Made by a program: the position numbers and the translations under genes
In this document: piece by piece, positions 9,801 to 17,680 of the stretch
How positions within the stretch are numbered: position 1 is the first letter of the stretch
How the letters are laid out: each line of letters starts with the position of its first letter
The notes under the pieces: model-generated
Told to the model about the DNA's origin: nothing
Database searches by the model: none
The model's input: the letters and a program-made list of their open reading frames with translations, nothing else
Origin: Fidelibacterota bacterium
Lineage (GTDB): Bacteria > Fidelibacterota > SORT01
Length of the DNA: 64,000 nt
NCBI GenBank assembly: GCA_022571215.1
Contig: JACZYG010000010.1
Span: forward strand, 4,876 to 68,875
Reading direction: 5' to 3'

Positions 9801-10375
9801 ATATATTTGAACCGTTTTATACACGGAAAGAGATGGGCAGAAGCGGTTCCGGACTTGGTTTATCGGTAGTTTTTGGAGTGATACAAGACCATAACGGATA
9901 TTTAGATGTTTCCACAGAAATAGGCGTGGGGTCTACTTTCTCTATCTATTTACCATCAATTGAGAACCACCAAATTTCCAATAATAACATTGAAAAGAAT
10001 CTGAACGGCTCTGAAAGTATTCTTGTAGTGGATGATATAGAGGAACAAAGAAATTTGGCTGCAAGATTACTCTCGTCCCTTGGATACAAAACCGATACCG
10101 CTGAAAACGGAACGCAAGCTATCAAAATGTTAAAGAATAAACAATACGATCTGATAGTTCTTGACATGATCATGGAGGATAATTTCGACGGATTAGACAC
10201 TTTCAAAGAAATAATCAAGATTCGTCCCGATCAAAAAACTATTATCGTCAGTGGGTTCGCAGAGACCGAACGGGTAAAAGAAGCCCGAAACCTCGGGGTA
10301 GGCTCTTACATCAGGAAACCGTATAGCATTAAGAAAATTGGAACTGCCATCCGAGCAATGTTAGAAAAAAAATAA
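6869..10375 (+). CDS. Multi-PAS hybrid sensor histidine kinase (about 6 PAS, HisKA-like, HATPase_c, C-terminal receiver)
   Basis: Repeated PAS/PAC units. H-box [16 protein letters not shown], G1 and G2 boxes ([22 protein letters not shown]). Receiver ILVVDD…LIVLDMIM…KP. Confidence 0.9.
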   Translation: [1168 protein letters not shown]

Positions 10376-10487
10376 CGCTTCATTCTCCTCTCAATCAGAT
10401 TTTTCTTGAGTTCAAATTAACACGCCGTGATATATCTCTTTTATTATAATCATTGAATTTGAGTAGCGAGGAGTGATATTTTTCAAT

Positions 10488-10496
10488 TGGTATAAT
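10488..10496 (+). promoter_or_regulatory. Candidate extended -10 sigma-70 promoter (TGgTATAAT) for the preT operon
   Basis: tggtataat lies 60 nt upstream of the preT ATG. No good -35 element. Confidence 0.3.
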
Positions 10497-10555
10497 AGAT
10501 CTACAAATATATTTAACTTAGCGGATCCAATTTTATTAGTTGATATGGAGGTTTA

Positions 10556-11905
10556 ATGACCATCTCTCTTAAAAAGATATCTCCTGAAGAGTACAGAAAA
10601 AATTTTGCCGATATGAAACCGGCTCTTTCCGAATCCGCGGCTATTGTTGAAGCGGGAAGATGTCTTTTCTGTTATGATGCTCCATGCACAAACATTTGTC
10701 CGACTCATATAGATGTTCCGGGTTTCATTAAGAAAATAATGACAGGTAATTATATCGGGTCAGCTAAAACTATCCTTTCTGAAAATATATTGGGCGAATC
10801 ATGCGGTCGAGCATGCCCTGTTGAAGTATTGTGTGAAGGGGCTTGCGTGATGAATGATAAAGATGAATTGCCCATCAAAATAGGTCAACTCCAGCGGTTT
10901 TCCACTGAATGGAGAAGAAATAACAAAAAGAGCATCTTTGACATTCCCGAATCTAATGGAAAATCTGTCGGTCTAATCGGGGCGGGTCCTGCAAGTCTTT
11001 CTTGCGCCGCTTACCTCAAGCTGAATGGTTATGACACCCTGATTTATGAGGCTGAAGAGCTAGCCGGCGGGTTGGATGCATTCGGTGTTGCAGAGTATAA
11101 ACTCACTCTAAAGAGTGTTTTAGATGAAATTGAAATGATAAAGGAGATGGGCGTTAAGATACAAACTGACACCAAAGTCGGAAAAGATATTTCTTTTGAT
11201 GAGCTACTAAAAAAACACGATGCCCTCTTTATCGGTATAGGGCTTGGACGAACACGTTCACTGGAAATTCCCGGTAACGATCTCAATGGAATTCATGATA
11301 CTATAGATTTTGTCAAAAAATATAAAACGAATCCGCCGGGTGAAACCGCAGTCGGTAAAAATGTCATTGTTATTGGCGGCGGAAATACTTCCGTTGACGC
11401 AGCTACCGCCGCAAAACGGCTCGGAGCTGATACGGTAACGGTACTTTACCGCCGCTCAGAATCGGAAATGCCCGCTTTCGCGCATGAATATGAGCATGCC
11501 AAAGCCGACGGAGTAAATTATCAATGGCTAACAAATCCGATAGCATTTATGGGAGATACCGATGTTGAAGCCGTAAAATGCATCAGAATGGAACTTGGAG
11601 AGCCGGACGATTCTGGAAGGCGGCAACCTATCAGTGTCCCCGGTACGGAATTCACCATCCCCGCTGATATGGTCTTTTTAGCTCTCGGACAAGTTGCGGA
11701 TAAAGAGTTCATTAAATCCATTCCTGAGGTAGGATTCAGCAATGGCAAAATTGTAGCCGATCCTAAGAATGGAAAAACATCCAATCCGCGAATATTCGCA
11801 GGAGGCGATGTTGTTCACGGCGCTAAAGAGGTTGTAAATGCCGTTCAAGCCGGAAAACTTGCGGCGTATGAAATAAATAAATTTTTATCTGATGAAGAGG
11901 ACTAA
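10556..11905 (+). CDS. preT: NAD-dependent dihydropyrimidine dehydrogenase subunit PreT (GltD-like Fe-S/FAD/NAD subunit)
   Basis: Cys clusters CLFCYDAPC…CP and CGRACPVEVLCEGAC. Two dinucleotide folds, GLIGAGPASLS and VIVIGGGNTSVD. Immediately precedes preA. Confidence 0.85.
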   Translation: MTISLKKISPEEYRKNFADMKPALSESAAIVEAGRCLFCYDAPCTNICPTHIDVPGFIKKIMTGNYIGSAKTILSENILGESCGRACPVEVLCEGACVMNDKDELPIKIGQLQRFSTEWRRNNKKSIFDIPESNGKSVGLIGAGPASLSCAAYLKLNGYDTLIYEAEELAGGLDAFGVAEYKLTLKSVLDEIEMIKEMGVKIQTDTKVGKDISFDELLKKHDALFIGIGLGRTRSLEIPGNDLNGIHDTIDFVKKYKTNPPGETAVGKNVIVIGGGNTSVDAATAAKRLGADTVTVLYRRSESEMPAFAHEYEHAKADGVNYQWLTNPIAFMGDTDVEAVKCIRMELGEPDDSGRRQPISVPGTEFTIPADMVFLALGQVADKEFIKSIPEVGFSNGKIVADPKNGKTSNPRIFAGGDVVHGAKEVVNAVQAGKLAAYEINKFLSDEED

Positions 11906-11907
11906 TA

Positions 11908-13215
11908 ATGGCTGACCTAAGTATAGATTTCTGTGGAATCAAATCACCAAATCCCTTTTGGCTGGCATCCGCGCCTCCAAGTAACTCGGCGTATCAAGTC
12001 AACAGAGCCTTTGAAGCGGGTTGGGGCGGCGCAGTGTGGAAAACTATCGGCGCGCCCGTGATGAATACATACAACCGTTACGCCGGACTTGACGGCCCGG
12101 AACAAAAACTGATCGGACTGAATAATATCGAGCTGATCAGCGATAGGAACATAGAAACCAATCTAAAAGAGATCGCCGAAGTAAAAAAGAACTGGCCAGA
12201 CAGAGCCGTCATTACTTCACTAATGGTTGAATCTGATAAAGAGGTATGGCGCGATATTGTGAAAAGAACCGAGGATACCGGTTGCGACGGAATAGAATTA
12301 AACTACGGGTGTCCCCACGGTATGAGTGAAAGAGGTATGGGCGCTGCCGTAGGGCAGGTACCCGAATATTGCTCCATGATAACAGAGTGGGTCACTGAAG
12401 TTGCGTCTATTCCGGTTATAGTGAAACTTACTCCGAATATTACGGATATTGTCCAACCTGCCCGAGCCGCCGTGAAAGGAGGAGCGGATTCTGTCTCCCT
12501 CATCAACACCATCAACAGCATTATCGGTATTGATCTCGACAGCTTCGAAACAGTTCCCTCCGTCGGAGGAAAGGGTTCACACGGCGGATTCGCGGGTCCG
12601 GCAGTGAAGCCGATTGCCCTTCATATGGTTTCAGCGGTAAGCATGGATGACCAGGTGAATGTGCCTATATCCGGTATCGGAGGTATTTCCGATTGGCGGG
12701 ATGCCGCTGAATTCATGCTGCTCGGCGCTACAAGCGTGCAGGTTTGCACTGCGGTAATGCATTATGGCTTCAGGATCATAGAAGACATGATAGACGGTAT
12801 GAGCAACTGGCTGGATGAAAAGGGAATACGGTCTGTCGAAGAAATTATCGGCAAGTCAGTTGAACGGATCACGAATTTCGGGGAGCTGAATCTTCTGTAC
12901 AAAACAGCGGCGCTGATCGATAAAGATAAATGCATCTCATGCAATTTGTGCTACATAGTCTGTGAAGACACAGCCCATCAATGCATCGACCTTAAACCAT
13001 TTGATGGGGGCGTAAAACCGGAAGTAAGAGAAGATGACTGTGTCGGTTGCAGACTTTGTTTCATGGTTTGCCCTGTGCACGGATGCATAGAAATGGTAGA
13101 ATTAGATTCTCCCGCTGAGAAAACATGGAAAGAGCTGGAAGGAGAACTCTCGGATCCGATGAGTTGGGAAGACCTGAGAGAATTCCAGAAAAAGCACGGC
13201 ATAGAAATTCATTAA
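11908..13215 (+). CDS. preA: Dihydropyrimidine dehydrogenase subunit PreA (DHODH-like FMN barrel plus 2x[4Fe-4S] tail)
   Basis: DHOD-like core (GIELNYGCPHGM, KLTPNITD, GIGGI). C-terminal ferredoxin motifs CISCNLCYIVC and CVGCRLCFMVCP. Confidence 0.9.
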   Translation: MADLSIDFCGIKSPNPFWLASAPPSNSAYQVNRAFEAGWGGAVWKTIGAPVMNTYNRYAGLDGPEQKLIGLNNIELISDRNIETNLKEIAEVKKNWPDRAVITSLMVESDKEVWRDIVKRTEDTGCDGIELNYGCPHGMSERGMGAAVGQVPEYCSMITEWVTEVASIPVIVKLTPNITDIVQPARAAVKGGADSVSLINTINSIIGIDLDSFETVPSVGGKGSHGGFAGPAVKPIALHMVSAVSMDDQVNVPISGIGGISDWRDAAEFMLLGATSVQVCTAVMHYGFRIIEDMIDGMSNWLDEKGIRSVEEIIGKSVERITNFGELNLLYKTAALIDKDKCISCNLCYIVCEDTAHQCIDLKPFDGGVKPEVREDDCVGCRLCFMVCPVHGCIEMVELDSPAEKTWKELEGELSDPMSWEDLREFQKKHGIEIH

Positions 13216-13240
13216 GAATCAGAATATGAGGATATAGATC

Positions 13241-14626
13241 ATGTCAATACTCATCAAAAACGGAACGGTAATAAATGCTGACGGAACACAAAAAGCTGAT
13301 GTTCTTGTCGAGGAGGAGATCATCTCGAAGATAGGTGAATCATTAGATGACGAAGCGGATAAGGTTATTGACGCAACCGGAAAATACATCATCCCCGGCG
13401 GAATTGACGTTCACACTCATCTTGACATGCCATTCGGCGGAACGGTATCTTCTGATAATTTTGAGACGGGTCACATAGCCGCGGCTTTTGGCGGAACCAC
13501 ATCTCATATAGATTTTATAATTCAGGGGAAGGGACAATCGCTCGCCGAAGCAACGGATATTTGGCATTCAAAAGCCGACGGTAAGGCTTGTGTTGATTAT
13601 GGTTTCCACATGGCTATTACGGACATGACCGAATCCGTTATGGAAGAGCTTCCGACACTTATCCATACCGGAATCAGCAGCATCAAGCTCTTCATGGCTT
13701 ATAAAAATGTTCTTCAGGTTGATGATGAAACGCTTTTTAAATCGTTGCAGATTGCAGGCGATAACGGTCTCCTCACTTGCGTTCACGCTGAAAACGGTGA
13801 CGCGATTGACGTTTTGATAAAACAGATGCTCGCAGCAGGAAATACCGATCCAATTTACCACGCCAAATCAAGACCTCATTGGGCGGAAGCGGAAGCTACT
13901 TCAAGGGCGATTCATCTCGCGGCGATTGCGGACGCTCCTCTTTTCGTAGTTCATCTAACTTGCTCCTCAGCCCTAGATCAGATAAAATTGGCTCGCGCCA
14001 ATGGGCTAAAAGCGATGGCGGAGACCTGTGTGCAATATCTTTTTACGACGGAGGATGATCTCGCCCGTCCCGGTTTTGAAGGAGCAAAATATGTATGCTC
14101 CCCCCCGCTCCGCACAAAAAAAGACCAGGAGGCGTTGTGGGACGGACTCATAAACGGTGACCTCGCAAGTATCTCCACAGACCATTGCACCTTCAATTAC
14201 GAAGGTCAAAAAGATCTCGGCAGAGAGGATTTTTCTAAAATCCCGAACGGACTTCCCGGAATTGAAGATCGAATGATGGTCATGCATCATCATGGAGTCG
14301 GCGGAGGGCGATTCAGTTTAGAGAGATGGGTGGAAATTACATCCGCTAATCCCGCAAAGACTTTCGGTATGTATCCCCGAAAAGGCGTTATAGCCGTGGA
14401 AAGCGATGCCGACCTGGTCATCTGGGACCCCGAAAAGGAACACACTATTTCCGCCGAAACTCATCATATGAACATAGACTATAATTTATACGAGGGGATG
14501 CAAGTTAAAGGTATGCCCGAAACGGTTTTCTCGTCCGGACGAATCGTTATTGAAAACGGGGAATTCAAGGGTAAGGTTGGAGCGGGTAGTTTCATTCGCC
14601 GGGAAGCGATAGTAGACGTACTGTAA
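13241..14626 (+). CDS. Dihydropyrimidinase / D-hydantoinase
   Basis: Cyclic amidohydrolase signature PGGIDVHTHLDMPF, carboxylated-Lys region SIKLFMAYK, HAENGD, and STDHC. Confidence 0.9.
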   Translation: MSILIKNGTVINADGTQKADVLVEEEIISKIGESLDDEADKVIDATGKYIIPGGIDVHTHLDMPFGGTVSSDNFETGHIAAAFGGTTSHIDFIIQGKGQSLAEATDIWHSKADGKACVDYGFHMAITDMTESVMEELPTLIHTGISSIKLFMAYKNVLQVDDETLFKSLQIAGDNGLLTCVHAENGDAIDVLIKQMLAAGNTDPIYHAKSRPHWAEAEATSRAIHLAAIADAPLFVVHLTCSSALDQIKLARANGLKAMAETCVQYLFTTEDDLARPGFEGAKYVCSPPLRTKKDQEALWDGLINGDLASISTDHCTFNYEGQKDLGREDFSKIPNGLPGIEDRMMVMHHHGVGGGRFSLERWVEITSANPAKTFGMYPRKGVIAVESDADLVIWDPEKEHTISAETHHMNIDYNLYEGMQVKGMPETVFSSGRIVIENGEFKGKVGAGSFIRREAIVDVL

Positions 14627-14656
14627 CCATATCAAGCAATCAACTTTGGAGTAATA

Positions 14657-16066
14657 ATGGCAGAGCTCGCTAAGGGTATCATCTATGGTATTGAAGACAA
14701 ACCGCCGATTGGTAAGCGCGCTGTTCTCGCTCTGCAGCATGTCCTCACCATGTTCGGCTCCACTGTAAGCGTCCCTCTCCTGCTTGGTCCTGCCATGAAT
14801 ATGACCCCTTCCGAAATAGTGATCCTCGTTAGTTCCGTAATGCTCTGCTCGGGTATTGCCACGTTCTTACAAGTCACTATAGGAAGCAGACTCCCGATTG
14901 TTCAGGGCGTCTCTTTCAGTTTTCTCGCGCCTTTTTTCGCTATCATAGCGTTCGCTAAAACGGGAAATTTAAGTATGCAGTATATCGCCGGAGCGATAAT
15001 ACTCGGCGCATTTATAGAAATAGCAATAGGACATTTCAAACTGATAGGAAAGTTACGGAAATATATCAGTCCTGTAGTTATCGGTCCCGTGATAATGCTC
15101 ATCGGACTTTCGCTCTTCAAGGTCGGCGCTCCGAAAGCGGGAACCTACTGGCCCATTTCCGGTATCGTGATATTGGGAATAGTTCTGTTCAGTCAAGTAT
15201 TCTCAAAGAAATATAAATTTTTCAGGCTCTTTCCGATTCTCAGCGCTATTGTTATCGCTTATCTCGCGTGTGTTTTCTTTACGTTCATTGGAAGCTTCGG
15301 ACCCGGCCACCCCGCTTATATTAACATGAGCATAGTATCCGATTCTACATGGTTCAAACCGCTTGACAGCATATTCTTTCCGTGGGGACTTCCTAAATTC
15401 CATGTAGGATTTTTCTTCGCGGTTCTTGCGGGCTATCTCGCAAGTATGATAGAATCGTTCGGCGACTATCACGCGGCAGCGTATATGTCAGGAGCGGGAG
15501 ACCCGACCGAAGAAATGCTTAACAAGGGTATTCGTTCGGAAGGATTGGGCTGTTTGATAACAGGGGTTCTCGGCGGGTTCGCAAGCACATCTTATTCGGA
15601 AAATATCGGTCTTATTGGAATAACAAAAGTCGCTTCCCGTCATGTTGTGATGCTCGGAGCCGGTTTTCTAATCCTACTCGGATTCTTCAGCAAGTTCGGC
15701 GCTCTCGTTGCTACAATACCAGAGCCGATTGTCGGCGGGTTGTATACCGCCCTGTTCGGACTGATATCCGCAGTGGGAATACAGCAGCTCGCCCGCGCTG
15801 ACCTTTCGAGCGACCGCAATCTAATGATAGCGGGCTTATCACTCTTTATGGGACTTTCGATGCCCGCATATATTGAAGGTGTTGCGGCTTTCGGCTATGC
15901 TCCCGGAGCGGATGCCATCGCCGCCGCTCTTCCGAAAGCGCTTGCTGATATAGTTAATTCTGTTCTTTCAACAGGGATGGCTGTCGCCGCTCTGATTGGG
16001 CTTACGCTGGATAATCTTATTCCCGCTTCGGATGAAGAGCGTGGCATTATTCAGGCGGCTAAATAA
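14657..16066 (+). CDS. NCS2-family nucleobase (uracil/xanthine-type) permease
   Basis: 469 aa polytopic protein. LALQHVLTMFGSTVSVPLLLG and ESFGDY…SENIGLIGITKV motifs are typical of NCS2/SLC23-like permeases. Last gene of the preTA operon. Confidence 0.8.
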   Translation: MAELAKGIIYGIEDKPPIGKRAVLALQHVLTMFGSTVSVPLLLGPAMNMTPSEIVILVSSVMLCSGIATFLQVTIGSRLPIVQGVSFSFLAPFFAIIAFAKTGNLSMQYIAGAIILGAFIEIAIGHFKLIGKLRKYISPVVIGPVIMLIGLSLFKVGAPKAGTYWPISGIVILGIVLFSQVFSKKYKFFRLFPILSAIVIAYLACVFFTFIGSFGPGHPAYINMSIVSDSTWFKPLDSIFFPWGLPKFHVGFFFAVLAGYLASMIESFGDYHAAAYMSGAGDPTEEMLNKGIRSEGLGCLITGVLGGFASTSYSENIGLIGITKVASRHVVMLGAGFLILLGFFSKFGALVATIPEPIVGGLYTALFGLISAVGIQQLARADLSSDRNLMIAGLSLFMGLSMPAYIEGVAAFGYAPGADAIAAALPKALADIVNSVLSTGMAVAALIGLTLDNLIPASDEERGIIQAAK

Positions 16067-16099
16067 TTAATTTATTCAGCGCGAATCAGGATATACATT

Positions 16100-16385
16100 G
16101 GCCGTTACAGAAACGTCCTCCCCTCTGTCCGTAATTTTGTGTGAAATATGTTAACTCTTTGAAACCATTAAAATGGTTATGAGGGTAAGGTTTTCTTATT
16201 AACCCCTGGTTTAAACCAGGGGTTAATGATATTCACAAAATCCTGGACGAACCGTTTTAACTGTTTATTGGAAAGATCACACCCCTCGTCCGCGAGCCGG
16301 CGGACACTCCCCTCAAGGGGAGAGGAATAGAGTGCTGGTTAGGGCCACCGCCGATGGCGGGGCTTTGCTTGCCCTGGCTGCCACG
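16100..16385. repeat. Composite GC-rich palindromic repeat block in a convergent intergenic region
   Basis: Perfect 28-bp palindrome ttaacccctggtttaaaccaggggttaa (16199-16226). Hairpin aaccat-taaa-atggtt (16163-16178). Hairpin ccgcc-gat-ggcgg (16348-16360). Partial inverted arms …cgtaattttgtgtgaa / attcacaaaatcctggacg. Sub-motifs recur at 26945-27047 and 29407-29440. Confidence 0.7.
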
Positions 16386-16398
16386 TAAATACATACGG

Positions 16399-16797
16399 CT
16401 ATTTCTTACCGATCTTCAGACTATAAGCCCACGGTTCCGGTATATATAAAAACATCAGACATGCTCCGATGAACGTGAAGTTTCGTAGAAAACTTGAAAA
16501 CTCTTTTCCACGAGCAACCGCATCATCTATGTTCCAGAAATCATGCATGATGATAGTCACGGGAATCAAAAAAGCGATCAGAAGATAGGCGCCGATCTTC
16601 GGATACTGTCCGGTGAGTATGCTGATGCCACCAAAAACGAGCAAAGTAGCCGCAACTATAACGGCTAATTCGGGCAGCGGAACTCCTTTCGACGCGGTGT
16701 AATTCGTTATCCCATCTAATTTAATAAAAAGGTTTACGCCACTTCTGACAAAGAAACCGCCGAACAAGATCCTTCCTGCAAAGAATGCTTTATCCAA
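16399..16797 (-). CDS. DoxX-family membrane protein
   Basis: 132 aa, 4 TM. GRILFGGFFVRSGVNLF… typical DoxX N-terminus. Confidence 0.7.
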   Translation of the reverse strand: MDKAFFAGRILFGGFFVRSGVNLFIKLDGITNYTASKGVPLPELAVIVAATLLVFGGISILTGQYPKIGAYLLIAFLIPVTIIMHDFWNIDDAVARGKEFSSFLRNFTFIGACLMFLYIPEPWAYSLKIGKK

Positions 16798-16841
16798 GAT
16801 TTTATCTCCTTTTTCATATGATCAAATTACAGTTTAGCTCG

Positions 16842-17603
16842 TCAGAATTCTAACGACACAACCCCTCCTACTCCCTTCCCCGGAAGAGGAAACATTTTCC
16901 AGGAGAGGTTGTTACCAACATCTGTGCTTGAATATATTTCCTTCTTTTCGATATATCTGTCATACGTCTTTTCTAACTTTAATTTTGATTTATATCTCCA
17001 AACGCCCATACCAACCATAGATACGCCGAGCAAAAACTCTTCGGAACCTTCAAAGGCTAAAGATATTCCCCAAGCTGTGATTAATCCACTGATGATATAC
17101 CGCTTTATTCTTGCAGACCGCGCAAATTTTTCAAATCTGAGTTCACCCTCTTTCAATTTTCTTTCTGCTTTATCCGGGGTTGTTTCCGGTATCTCTCCAA
17201 ACTCTATGTAGTATTTTTCTACGTCAGAAAGATGTGACCTTGCGTGTAAACCTATAGGAAGATAAATCGCGCCATTTAATAAAAAAAATACGGCTCCAAT
17301 TATTGCAAATTCCCCAGAATCGTTCAATAATAATAATCCTTGAATTATGGACGCAGTACCGAGTCCAATTAGTATATAACTACCCAGAATTCTTTCTCGT
17401 TTACTATCTTTGGATACCGAATAAAGCGCGCTGTCTAATTCGGTTAGCTGGGGGTTGTCCGAATTATTAAAAATGTTGCGGGAAAAAGCTTCGTTAAAGC
17501 TGATTTTATCCCTCTTAATTTGCGCCGGAGTGGTTTTGATATCGGAGCCAATGACCAAAATGGAGGTTAATAACGCACAGATGATAAATTTGGGACCTGT
17601 CAT
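16842..17603 (-). CDS. Hypothetical membrane protein with signal peptide
   Basis: Long ORF with an N-terminal signal sequence and several hydrophobic helices. No family recognised. Confidence 0.5.
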   Translation of the reverse strand: MTGPKFIICALLTSILVIGSDIKTTPAQIKRDKISFNEAFSRNIFNNSDNPQLTELDSALYSVSKDSKRERILGSYILIGLGTASIIQGLLLLNDSGEFAIIGAVFFLLNGAIYLPIGLHARSHLSDVEKYYIEFGEIPETTPDKAERKLKEGELRFEKFARSARIKRYIISGLITAWGISLAFEGSEEFLLGVSMVGMGVWRYKSKLKLEKTYDRYIEKKEIYSSTDVGNNLSWKMFPLPGKGVGGVVSLEF

Positions 17604-17680
17604 GTTTCCTCCTAATTTTATCTTAGTTAGAAGCTAAAAATCTCTCTCCTTTTTCTGTAACATGAAAAGCGGATGGCAAA

